Positions 23,050 to 31,462 of a stretch of DNA of 64,000 bases are shown piece by piece. Location: contig CAZIJU010000001.1 of NCBI GenBank assembly GCA_964539745.1, positions 47,845 to 111,844 of the forward strand. The letters are read 5' to 3'. A program made the position numbers and the translations under genes. The notes beneath the pieces are model-generated. The model had not been told where the DNA came from. It ran no database searches and worked only from the letters and a program-made list of their open reading frames with translations. This DNA comes from an uncultured Burkholderiaceae bacterium. Lineage in GTDB: Bacteria; Pseudomonadota; Gammaproteobacteria; Burkholderiales; Burkholderiaceae_F. How positions within the stretch are numbered: position 1 is the stretch's first letter; each line of letters starts with the position of its first letter.

Positions 23050-24609
23050 GTGCCCCGTCCTGCTGCCCGCGCCCTCGCTCTGGCCGTCGCTTTGACGATC
23101 GCGGCGCCGCCGACGCTTGCGCCGGCGCGCGCGCAGTCGATCGAACTGCCCACGCTCGGCGAGGCGGCGGCCGACGATCTTTCGCCCGCCAACGAACGCA
23201 AGCTCGGCGAAGCGATCATGCGCGAGGTGCGGCGCGACCCCGCGTATCTGGCGGACCCCGACGCCACCGAGTACCTGAACAACCTCGGCTACCAGCTCGT
23301 CGCCGCCTCCCCCGCGCGGCACATGGACTTCAGCTTCTTCGCGGTGCGCGACCCGATGCTCAACGCGTTCGCGCTGCCGGGCGGTTTCATCGGCGTGCAC
23401 ACGGGACTGGTGCTCGCCGCGCAGGGCGAGTCGGAGCTGGCGAGCGTGCTCGCGCACGAGATCGGCCACGTCGAGCAGCGGCACATCGCACGCATGCTCG
23501 CCAAGCAGCGCGAGTCGAGCGCGATCGCGATCGGCGCGCTGCTGCTGGCACTGCTGGCGGCCCGCAGCAACTCTTTGTCCAGCGGCGACCTCACGCAGGC
23601 GGCGATCCTGGGCGGACAGGCGGCGGCGCTGCAGCAGCAGTTGAACTTCTCCCGCGAGGCCGAGCGCGAAGCCGACCGCGTCGGCTTCCAGACGCTCGAG
23701 GCGGCCGGATTCGACGTGCGCGCGATGGCGACGTTCTTCGGCCGCATGCAGCAGGGCTCGCGTATCTACGAGAGCGCCGCACCCGCGTACCTGCGCACGC
23801 ACCCGTTGACCACCGAGCGCATGGGCGACATCCAGAACCGCATCCGCGAAGCGCGGGTGCGCCAGCGCGCCGACAGCCTGGACTTCCATCTGATCCGCGC
23901 CCGGCTGCGCGTGCTGCAGGACGACACCACGCAGGGCGCGCGCGATGCGCAGGCGCACTTCGCCGCGCAGCTGCGCAATCGCTCCGCCGCGAGCGAGACC
24001 GCCGCGCACTACGGGCTGGCGCTGGCGTCGCTGCGGATCGGCCAGACGCAGACCGCATACGAAGCGGCGCTGGCGGCGCGCCAATCGACGCGGCTCGCCT
24101 CGCCGATGCTCGACAAGCTCGTCGCCGAGACGCGCTTTGCCGCCGCGACGACCCCGGCCGAGCGCGAAGAGGGGCTGCGCCTGGCGCGCGAAGCCACGCA
24201 GCGCTTTCCGCTGTCGCGGCTGACCGCATTGAGCTACGTCGAACTGCTGCAGCGCGCCGGCCAGCACGAGGCAGCGGTCGAGTACCTGCGCCAGCAGCTC
24301 GCGATCCCGCGCAGCGAACCGCAGTACTTCGCGTCGCTCGCCCGCAGCTACGCCGCGCTGAACCGCCGCACGCTGCAGCACCAGGCCACCGCCGAGATGT
24401 ACGCGCTGCTGGGCGCGGTGCCCTCGGCGGTCGACCAACTGCAGCTTGCGCGCAAGGCGGGCGACGCGGACTTCTACGTGCTGTCCGAGGTCGACGCACG
24501 GCTGCGCGAGTTGTCGCAGCAGTTGAAGGAGCAGCGCGAGGAGCTCGCGCGCCAGGGCCGCCGCAGCGAGGAGCCGCGCAAGCGCGCCGCGCCGTTCAGC
24601 GTTCCTTAA
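23050..24609 (+). CDS. M48-family zinc metallopeptidase with C-terminal TPR region (BepA/YfgC-like)
   Basis: Signal peptide VPRPAARALALAVALTIAAPPTLAPARA, then HEIGHVEQRH zinc motif, then a TPR-like helical C-terminus. The start is uncertain (GTG 22975 or GTG 23050). Confidence 0.8.
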   Translation: MPRPAARALALAVALTIAAPPTLAPARAQSIELPTLGEAAADDLSPANERKLGEAIMREVRRDPAYLADPDATEYLNNLGYQLVAASPARHMDFSFFAVRDPMLNAFALPGGFIGVHTGLVLAAQGESELASVLAHEIGHVEQRHIARMLAKQRESSAIAIGALLLALLAARSNSLSSGDLTQAAILGGQAAALQQQLNFSREAEREADRVGFQTLEAAGFDVRAMATFFGRMQQGSRIYESAAPAYLRTHPLTTERMGDIQNRIREARVRQRADSLDFHLIRARLRVLQDDTTQGARDAQAHFAAQLRNRSAASETAAHYGLALASLRIGQTQTAYEAALAARQSTRLASPMLDKLVAETRFAAATTPAEREEGLRLAREATQRFPLSRLTALSYVELLQRAGQHEAAVEYLRQQLAIPRSEPQYFASLARSYAALNRRTLQHQATAEMYALLGAVPSAVDQLQLARKAGDADFYVLSEVDARLRELSQQLKEQREELARQGRRSEEPRKRAAPFSVP

Positions 24610-24682
24610 CCGGCGATGCAGCAAGTCTGAGTTCCGCGCGCGCGTGTGGCGGCGTACATTGCGCGCGACCGTGGAGGCCAAG

Positions 24683-25468
24683 ATGGCGCAGCTCGAAGCA
24701 CTGCTCTGGGACGTGGACGGAACGCTCGCCGAAACCGAGCGCGACGGGCATCGCGTCGCCTTCAACCTCGCGTTCGAGGCCTTCGGCGTGCCGTGGCGCT
24801 GGGACGAAGCGCACTACGGAAAACTGCTGCGCATTACCGGCGGGCGCGAACGCATCCTGCACGACATGCGCGATCGCAGCGACGCGCCGGTGCCGGTTGC
24901 CGAACGCGAACAGCTCGCCGCCGCGGTCCACGCCCGAAAAAACGCGATCTACGCCGAGCTCGTAGCCACCGGGTCGATCCCGCTGCGGCCGGGCGTGGCC
25001 GAGCTGCTGGACGAGACGCTCGCGCGCGGCCTGCGGATGGCGATCGTCACGACGACCAGCCGCTCGAACGTCGATGCGCTGCTGCGCGTGCACTTCGGCG
25101 CCAACTGGCGGGATCGCTTCGCCGCGGTCGTCTGCGGCGAGGACGTGGCGCGCAAGAAACCGGACCCCGAAGCGTACGCGCGCGCGCTCGACGCACTGAG
25201 AATCGGGCCGCTCGCGGCGGTTGCGTTCGAGGATTCGCCGGGCGGCGTGGCGGCCGCACGCAGCGCCGACGTGCCGGTCGTCGTCACGCGCAGCGCCTAC
25301 TTCCCGAACGACACGGTCGAGGGCGCGATCGCCGTCGGTCCCGGGCTGCACACGCGGCGCGACTGGATCCCCGGCCTGCCGGACGCCGAGGCGCGCGACG
25401 GGCCGGTGCGGCTCGCCGACATCGCGTATTGGCATACGCGGATGGAGCTGGTGTCGCAGTTCGGCTGA
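24683..25468 (+). CDS. HAD-superfamily hydrolase (CbbY-like phosphatase)
   Basis: MAQLEALLWDVDGTLAETERDGHRVAFNLAF (DxDGT motif) ...VTTTSR...KKPDPEAY...FEDSPGG. GGAGG upstream of the ATG at 24683. Confidence 0.8.
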   Translation: MAQLEALLWDVDGTLAETERDGHRVAFNLAFEAFGVPWRWDEAHYGKLLRITGGRERILHDMRDRSDAPVPVAEREQLAAAVHARKNAIYAELVATGSIPLRPGVAELLDETLARGLRMAIVTTTSRSNVDALLRVHFGANWRDRFAAVVCGEDVARKKPDPEAYARALDALRIGPLAAVAFEDSPGGVAAARSADVPVVVTRSAYFPNDTVEGAIAVGPGLHTRRDWIPGLPDAEARDGPVRLADIAYWHTRMELVSQFG

Positions 25469-25726
25469 TCCGGAACAACGCCAGCCGGTCGCACACGCGG
25501 AACACGCACGACGAACCGCGCGCTGCGCCGTCGCCGCGAATCGGCCGGCGGGTCGCAGGCCCCCGCCCGCAGGACGTCGATTCGTCGCCCTGGCCCGCGC
25601 CTGCGCGCCGTGTGCCGACATCGTTCGGATCAGGCCTGAAATCGAGCGCCGGGGCGCCTGGCGAGCGAGCAAGGCCCCTGCCCCGCGACTGGCACGCGAC
25701 GGCATCGCGGCGGGCGCACGCGGCGC

Positions 25727-26386
25727 TCAGTCCGCGCGGACGTAGCGTCGAATCATCTCCCCGGCCGCGCGCCAGTGCGCCTCCAGGCTTTCGGCCGCCC
25801 GCAGGTCGCGTCCGAGCACCGCCGACAGGGTGGCGCTGTTGGACAGATAGAAGTAGCCGAGCGCTGCGATCGCGATGTAAAGCTCCACCGCGTCGATGCC
25901 GCGGCGGAACACGCCCGAGCGCTCGCCGCGCGCGAGCAGGTCGCGCAGCAGCTCGACCACCGGCGAGACGAGCTGCCGCAGCCGCGGCGACCGCTTCAGA
26001 TGCGCCGCATGATGAAGGTTCTCGGTGTTGACGAGCCCGATGAATTCCGGGTGCTCGACGTAGTAGCGCCAGACGAACCGGCAGAACTCGCCGAGCGCCT
26101 CTTCCGGCGCAAGACCGTCGATTCGCAGCGACTGCTCGGCCTGCTGCAACGACAGGTACGCGGCCTCCAGCACCGCGCGGAACAGCCCTTCCTTGCTACC
26201 GAAGTAGTAGTAGACCATCCGCTCGCTCGACTGCGCGGCGCGCGCGATGCGGTCGCCGCGCGCGCCGGCCAGACCGTGCCGCGCGAACTCCTGTGTGGCC
26301 GCCGCGAGGATGCGCGCGCGAGTCGCATCGGCGTCGCGCGCGCGCGCCACCGGCGCCGCCTTCCGCGGGCGCGGCGAAGCCTTCAC
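25727..26386 (-). CDS. TetR-family transcriptional regulator (last gene of the catabolic operon)
   Basis: VKASPRPRK...ATRARILAAATQEFARHGLAGARGDRIARAAQSSERMVYYYFGSKEGLF (TetR HTH). GTGA start/stop overlap with the upstream amidohydrolase. Confidence 0.85.
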   Translation of the reverse strand: MKASPRPRKAAPVARARDADATRARILAAATQEFARHGLAGARGDRIARAAQSSERMVYYYFGSKEGLFRAVLEAAYLSLQQAEQSLRIDGLAPEEALGEFCRFVWRYYVEHPEFIGLVNTENLHHAAHLKRSPRLRQLVSPVVELLRDLLARGERSGVFRRGIDAVELYIAIAALGYFYLSNSATLSAVLGRDLRAAESLEAHWRAAGEMIRRYVRAD

Positions 26387-27585
26387 GCGACGATCGCCGG
26401 CACTTCGGTCGCCGGCGGGGTGTTGCGGCTGCGCTGGCAGCGGACAACGCCGTCGATCATCACCATGCCGACGCCCGGAATGTCGCCGAGCCGCACCGAC
26501 TCGAGCAGATCGCGGCCGGCGGAGTGCTGCGCGCGGTCCATGAACACGAAATCCGCCGGCCGCCCGACTTCGATCAGCCCCTGCCGCAGCCCGCGCAGCC
26601 GTGCGGTGTTGCCGGTGGCGAAGCCGAAGACGATCTCGGCCGGGATCTCCGCCAGCGACGAGATCAGCGCGACGAGCCGCAGGATGCCGAGCGGCTGCAC
26701 GCCGGAGCCGGCCGGCGCGTCGGTGCCGAGGATCACGCGGTGCGGGCACTTCAACTCCATCGCGTGACGCGCGGTAAGGATCGCGATGCGCTCGTTGCCG
26801 TTGTGAACGATCTCGAGCGCGCGCGTGCTCTTTTCGCACAGCCGGCACACCTGCGCGTACGGCAGCGCGGTGTGTCCGCCGTTGACGTGGCCGATCACGT
26901 CGGCGTCCGCTTCGAGCACGACGTCGGCGTCGATCAGCCCCGAGCCGGGAATCGACGGTCCGCCAGTATGGATGGTGCTTTGAATGCCGTGCTTGCGCGC
27001 CCACGCCACCATCTGCCGCGCTTCGTCGCCCGCTTTTACCGACCCGAGCCCCACTTCGCCGAGCAGCTTCACACCGGCGGCGGCCATCTCGGCGAAATCC
27101 TCCTCGCGCATGCCTTTCTCGATCACCGGCGCACCGGCCAGCACCTTGACGCCGCCGCCCACACCAGCGGCGCGCATGCCTTCGAACGCGCGCTGCGCGG
27201 TGATCGCTAGCGCCTTGAGGCCGACCACGTCCTTCGGGCGGCCCGGCAGGTGCACTTCGCCGGCCGAAATCATCGTGGTGACACCCCCGTGCAGGCACGA
27301 TTCGATCCAGCCGAGCTGGTTCTGCCGCGGTGTCCAGTCGCCGAACACCGGATGGCAATGCGAGTCGATCAGCCCCGGCGCAAGCGCGGTACCCCGCGCG
27401 TCGATCACGCGCCTGGCGTTGCCGGTGTCGCAGTCGCGCTCGCGGCCGACCGCGACGATCACGCCGTCCTGAACGACCAGCGTGTCCGCGTCGAGGATCG
27501 GGCGGTCGATGTCGCCGCTCAACATCAACCCGACGTTGCGGATCACCACCTTGCCCGAAGTTTCCGTTGCCGTTGGCGCTGCCAT
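26383..27585 (-). CDS. amidohydrolase-superfamily enzyme, enamidase-like
   Basis: 400-aa ORF: VIRNVGLMLSGDI...APGLIDSHCHPVFGDW (HxH metal site)...GGVTTMISAGEVHLPGRPKD...IHTGGPSIPGS...HVNGG...GTDAPAGSG...GDIPGVGMVMIDG..SRNTPPA. Its resemblance to ring-opening enamidase comes from memory of the family and was not searched. Confidence 0.6.
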   Translation of the reverse strand: MAAPTATETSGKVVIRNVGLMLSGDIDRPILDADTLVVQDGVIVAVGRERDCDTGNARRVIDARGTALAPGLIDSHCHPVFGDWTPRQNQLGWIESCLHGGVTTMISAGEVHLPGRPKDVVGLKALAITAQRAFEGMRAAGVGGGVKVLAGAPVIEKGMREEDFAEMAAAGVKLLGEVGLGSVKAGDEARQMVAWARKHGIQSTIHTGGPSIPGSGLIDADVVLEADADVIGHVNGGHTALPYAQVCRLCEKSTRALEIVHNGNERIAILTARHAMELKCPHRVILGTDAPAGSGVQPLGILRLVALISSLAEIPAEIVFGFATGNTARLRGLRQGLIEVGRPADFVFMDRAQHSAGRDLLESVRLGDIPGVGMVMIDGVVRCQRSRNTPPATEVPAIVA

Positions 27586-27608
27586 GTTCGTCCTCCGGAT
27601 TGTCGCCC

Positions 27609-27766
27609 GTCATCCAGATTGCCCGTGTCGTCATCCCGAGTGCCTGTCTTGTCATCCCGACTGCCTGTCTTGTCATCCCGAGTGCCTGTCTTGTCATCCC
27701 GAGTGCAACGAGGGATCTCGGCCGCCCCGTGCACCGGAGATTCCTCGCCTGCGGCTCGGAATGACA
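27609..27766. repeat. 21-bp tandem array (about 4.5 copies) ending in an inverted REP pair
   Basis: GTCATCCAGATTGCCCGTGTC / GTCATCCCGAGTGCCTGTCTT / GTCATCCCGACTGCCTGTCTT / GTCATCCCGAGTGCCTGTCTT (27609..27692). This is followed by GTCATCCCGAGTGCAACGAGGGATCTC ... GAGATTCCTCGCCTGCGGCTCGGAATGAC as inverted partners. Confidence 0.85.
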
Positions 27767-27794
27767 AAAAGGCCAGGCCTCATCCCGATCGACG

Positions 27795-28535
27795 TCAAAC
27801 CGTCAAATACTGCCGCCGCACCGCTTCGTCGGCATTCAGTTCTTCCATCGTCCCCGCGAACCGCACCTGCCCTTTTTCGAGCACGTACACGCGGTCGCAC
27901 ACGGCGGCGGCGAACGGCAGGTTTTGCTCCGACAGCAGCACCGCGAGCCCCTGCGCTTTGAGCTCGACGATCATCTGTGCCATCTGCTCGACGATCAGCG
28001 GCGCCACGCCTTCCGATGGTTCGTCCAGCAGTACCAGTCGCGGGTTGCCCATCAGCGTACGTGCCACCGTCAGCATCTGCTGCTCGCCGCCGCTCATGCG
28101 GCTGCCCAGCCGATCCGGCATCTCGCGCAGGTTGGGAAACAGCGCGAAGAGCTTGTCCTCGGTCCACACCGGCGCGTCGGCCCGTGGCGGGCGGCGGCCG
28201 ACTTCGAGGTTTTCGCGCACCGTGAGATCCGTGAAGATGCGGCGGTCCTCCGGCACGAAGCCGATGCCGGCGCGCGCGATCTCGAACGGTTCCAGCCGCT
28301 CGATCGCGCGGCCGTCGAACTCGATCGAGCCGCTGCGCGCGGCCACCAGCCCCATGATCGACTTCAGCGTCGTGCTCTTGCCGGCGCCGTTGCGGCCCAT
28401 CAGCGCGACCACTTCGCCGCGTCGCACTTCGAGGTTCACGTCGAACAGGATGTGCGCGCGGCCGTACCAGGCGTTCAGTCGCGCCACCTTCAGCAGCGGC
28501 CGCACGTCGGGCACTTCGCCGCGCATCGCTTTCAC
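27795..28535 (-). CDS. branched-chain-amino-acid-type ABC transporter ATP-binding protein (LivF-like)
   Basis: 246-aa ORF: GRNGAGKSTTLKSIMGL (Walker A), LSGGEQQML (signature), LVLLDEPSEG (Walker B). GTGA overlap with the upstream ATPase gene. Confidence 0.88.
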   Translation of the reverse strand: MKAMRGEVPDVRPLLKVARLNAWYGRAHILFDVNLEVRRGEVVALMGRNGAGKSTTLKSIMGLVAARSGSIEFDGRAIERLEPFEIARAGIGFVPEDRRIFTDLTVRENLEVGRRPPRADAPVWTEDKLFALFPNLREMPDRLGSRMSGGEQQMLTVARTLMGNPRLVLLDEPSEGVAPLIVEQMAQMIVELKAQGLAVLLSEQNLPFAAAVCDRVYVLEKGQVRFAGTMEELNADEAVRRQYLTV

Positions 28536-29302
28536 GCGGCCACCGCGCCGCCGAGCAGCCTGCCGCTGCCGAAATAGACCTCGCGTACGCGCGCATCGTC
28601 GCGGATCGCCGCCGGCGGTCCGGAAGCGATCAGTTGCCCGCGCGCCAGCACGACGATGCGGTCGGCGTGCGCGAATACCACGTCCATGCTGTGCTCGGTG
28701 AAGAGCACCCCGAGGTTGCGTTCGCGCACAAGCCGCTTCGTCAGTGCCATCAGCGCGGAGCGCTCGCGTGGCGCCATGCCGGCGGTCGGCTCGTCCATCA
28801 GCAGCAGCTTCGGCCGGTTTGCCAGCGCGATGGCGATCTCCAGCGTTTTGACGTCGCCGTAGGCGAGCGTGCTCGCGAGCTCGTCGGCGCGTTCGCGCAG
28901 CCCAACCGCCGCGAGCAGTTCGAGTGCCTCGTCGCGGTACGCGCGCGCCGCACGCGACCAGAAGTCGAACAGACGCCGCTCACGCACGATAAGCGCCATC
29001 TGCACGTTCTCGGCCACCGTCATCGAGGCGTAGACGGCGGCGACCTGGAATGTCCGTCCCACGCCCAGCCGCCAGATCTCGCGCGGCCGGCGTCCGGTGA
29101 TCAGCTCGCCGTCCAGGCGCACCGCGCCGGCATCCGGCGCGAGTTGCCCGTTGATCAGGTTGAAGCACGTCGACTTGCCGGCGCCGTTGGGACCGATCAT
29201 CGCCAGCAGTTCGCCGCGCGACAGGTCGAAGCTCACGTCGTTGACGGCCACGACACCGCCGAAGGCCTTGCGCAGATTCTCGACCGCCAGCAACGCCGTC
29301 AT
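28532..29302 (-). CDS. ABC transporter ATP-binding protein (LivG-like)
   Basis: MTALLAVENLRKAFGGVVAVNDVSFDL..GELLAMIGPNGAGKSTCFNLING...LLLMDEPTAGM. ATGA overlap with the permease stop. The rest of the 900-aa track ORF is artefact. Confidence 0.88.
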   Translation of the reverse strand: MTALLAVENLRKAFGGVVAVNDVSFDLSRGELLAMIGPNGAGKSTCFNLINGQLAPDAGAVRLDGELITGRRPREIWRLGVGRTFQVAAVYASMTVAENVQMALIVRERRLFDFWSRAARAYRDEALELLAAVGLRERADELASTLAYGDVKTLEIAIALANRPKLLLMDEPTAGMAPRERSALMALTKRLVRERNLGVLFTEHSMDVVFAHADRIVVLARGQLIASGPPAAIRDDARVREVYFGSGRLLGGAVAA

Positions 29303-31191
29303 GCCGCAACCCTCGCCCGCCAACGACTCGCGGCCAGCGCGGCCGCACCGGCCAGACCCTGCGGAAACGCTAGCACCAGCACCAGGATCACGAAGCCGAG
29401 AAGCGCGCGCCAGTAGTCGGTGGCGCGGATGATCGTGTCCGAAAGCCAGGTGAACGCGGCCGCGCCGACGATCGGCCCGGCAAGCGACTGCACGCCGCCC
29501 AGCAGCACCATCACCAGCCCGTCGATCGAGCGGCCGACAGAGATCGTTTCTGGCGAGATCGTCCCCTTGGCGAACGCGAACAGCGCGCCGGCGAGTCCGC
29601 ACGCAAGCCCCGCGATCGAAAAACCCACCCAGTGCACCCGTACGACGTCGATGCCGGTGGCTTCGGCGCGCAGGGGCGAATCGCGGCCGGCGCGCATCGC
29701 GTAGCCGAAAGGCGCGAGCAGCATCCGTCGCAGCATCCACAACGCGGCTGCGACCAAGGACAACGTCAGGTAGTAATACGCGGCCTTCGAAGCGAAAGCC
29801 GGCGACGGCCAGATCCCCACCAAGCCGTTGCTGCCGCCGGTGACTTCGTCCCACTGGAACACGATCGACCAGACGATCTGCGCGAAAGCCAGCGTCAGCA
29901 TCGCCAGGTACACGCCCGACAGGCGCACCGCGAACCAGCCGAACAGCAACGCGCCGGCCAGCGCAGCCAATGGCGCCAGCGCGAGCGCCAGCGGCATCGG
30001 CAGCGCCAGCGCTTTCAGCAGCAGCGCCGCGCCGTAGGCGCCGAGCCCGAAATACGCCGCATGCCCGAACGAGTGCATGCCGCCGGGGCCCATGATGAAA
30101 TGCAGGCTTGCCGCGAACAGCACGGCGATGAAGATGTCGATCGCCAGCACGATCGCGTAGGGAGACTCGCGCCACAGAAGCGGAAGCAGCGCAAGCAGCG
30201 CAGCCGCGACGCTCACCGCGACCGCGCCCGATCGCGGCAGGGGCCGGATGGGCGCCTCCGGCGCCGACACTGCCCGTACGTGCCCTTGCGGCCTGCCCAG
30301 CAGGCCCCACGGCCGCCAGATCAGCACCACGGCCATCACGAGGAACTCGACGACCAACGTCAGTTTGGAGAACACGAAGCTCGTTCCGAACAGCGACACC
30401 GTGCCGATGCCGTAGCAGATCGCCTTGATCTCGGCGATGATCAGCGCCGCGAGATAAGCGCCAGGGATGCTGCCCATGCCACCCACGACGACGACGACGA
30501 AAGCCTCGCCGATGGCCACCAGATCCAGCCCCAGGTTGGCCGGCTCGCGCGGCATCTGCAGCGCGCCGCCGAGCGCCGCGAGCGCCGAGCCCAGCGCGAA
30601 GACGCCGGTGAACAGCCACTTCTGGTTGACGCCAAGCGCGCCGACCATCTCGCGGTCCTGGGTGGCGGCGCGGATCAGGATGCCGAGCCGCGTCTTCTTC
30701 AGCAGCAGCCAAAGCGCCGCCAGCATCGCCGGACCGATGAAGATCAGCAGCAGGTCGTAGGTCGGAAAACTGCGGCCGAGGATCGTCACAGCGCCCTTGA
30801 AGCCCGGCGCCTTCGGACCCAACAGATCCTCCGGCCCCCACAGGTACAGCACCGCGTCGCGCAGCATCAGCACGACCGCGAACGTGGCAAGCAGCTGGAA
30901 CAGTTCCGGGGCGCGATAAATGCGCCTCAGCACCGCGATCTCGACCAGCGCGCCCAGCGCGCCGACGGCCAGTGCGGACACGGCGATCGCCCCCCAGAAG
31001 CCGAGCGCGGTGATGCCGAAGGCGTGCACGAGCGTGTACGCGAGATACAGCCCGATCATGTACATCGAGCCGTGCGCGAAATTGACGATGCGCGTGACGC
31101 CGAAGATCAGCGACAGCCCGACCGCGACGAGAAACAGCGCGGAGGCCCCGGCCAGGCCGTTCAGCAGTTGGACCGCGAAACCGGCGAGCAT
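29299..31191 (-). CDS. fused LivH-LivM type ABC permease
   Basis: MLAGFAVQLLNGLAGASALFLVAVGLSLIFGVTRIVNFAHGSMYMIG (LivH start) continues into a LivM-like half (...HSFGHAAYFGLGAYGAALL...). 630 aa, with GGAG 8 nt upstream of the ATG at 31191. Confidence 0.85.
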   Translation of the reverse strand: MLAGFAVQLLNGLAGASALFLVAVGLSLIFGVTRIVNFAHGSMYMIGLYLAYTLVHAFGITALGFWGAIAVSALAVGALGALVEIAVLRRIYRAPELFQLLATFAVVLMLRDAVLYLWGPEDLLGPKAPGFKGAVTILGRSFPTYDLLLIFIGPAMLAALWLLLKKTRLGILIRAATQDREMVGALGVNQKWLFTGVFALGSALAALGGALQMPREPANLGLDLVAIGEAFVVVVVGGMGSIPGAYLAALIIAEIKAICYGIGTVSLFGTSFVFSKLTLVVEFLVMAVVLIWRPWGLLGRPQGHVRAVSAPEAPIRPLPRSGAVAVSVAAALLALLPLLWRESPYAIVLAIDIFIAVLFAASLHFIMGPGGMHSFGHAAYFGLGAYGAALLLKALALPMPLALALAPLAALAGALLFGWFAVRLSGVYLAMLTLAFAQIVWSIVFQWDEVTGGSNGLVGIWPSPAFASKAAYYYLTLSLVAAALWMLRRMLLAPFGYAMRAGRDSPLRAEATGIDVVRVHWVGFSIAGLACGLAGALFAFAKGTISPETISVGRSIDGLVMVLLGGVQSLAGPIVGAAAFTWLSDTIIRATDYWRALLGFVILVLVLAFPQGLAGAAALAASRWRARVAA

Positions 31192-31193
31192 CG

Positions 31194-31400
31194 TCACTCC
31201 GACCCGCAGCGCGACCGAGGGAAAAAGGTCCCAATCGCTCGAAGCGCCAGAGATCCCTCGTCGCTGCGCTCCTCGGGATGCCACGCGAAGTTGACGATGC
31301 GAGTGACGCCGAGGATCAGCGACCACCCCTCGGCGACCAGGAACAGCGCCGAGGCGCCGGCCAGGCCGTTGAGCAACTGAACCGCGAAGCCGGAAAACAT
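31194..31400 (-). pseudogene. fossil 5' end of a LivH-type permease gene fused to a REP unit
   Basis: MFSGFAVQLLNGLAGASALFLVAEGWSLILGVTRIVNFA matches the first 39 codons of the real permease, mostly differing at third codon positions. It then runs into REP sequence and stops at a TGA 2 nt before the real ATG. Confidence 0.7.
31250..31280. repeat. single REP unit (GAGATCCCTCG-N9-CCTCGGGATG)
   Basis: Same motif family as at 27693, 36498, 45449 and 59118. It lies exactly at the breakpoint of the permease 5' duplication. Confidence 0.75.
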
Positions 31401-31404
31401 CGGA

Positions 31405-31452
31405 GTCGGGCGCGGCGCGGTGCCGCGCGCCCGACGCGCGCGGCACCGCGCC
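31405..31452. promoter_or_regulatory. intercistronic GC-rich stem-loops after the binding-protein gene
   Basis: GTCGGGCGCG...CGCGCCCGAC (10 bp) and GGCGCGGTGCCGCGCG/CGCGCGGCACCGCGCC (16 bp) are overlapping, mutually exclusive pairings. They lie between the SBP stop (31463) and the permease region. Confidence 0.4.
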
Positions 31453-31462
31453 TACGAGCGCG

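Noticed and set aside
27609-27713. Possible CRISPR array (regular 21-bp repeats); the same question applies to 36378..36805
   Set aside because: The repeats are directly adjacent with no unique spacers. The periods (21, 30, 36 bp) are the full unit lengths. No cas genes are in the window, and the same motif occurs singly and inverted in other spacers. These are tandem REP expansions, not CRISPR.
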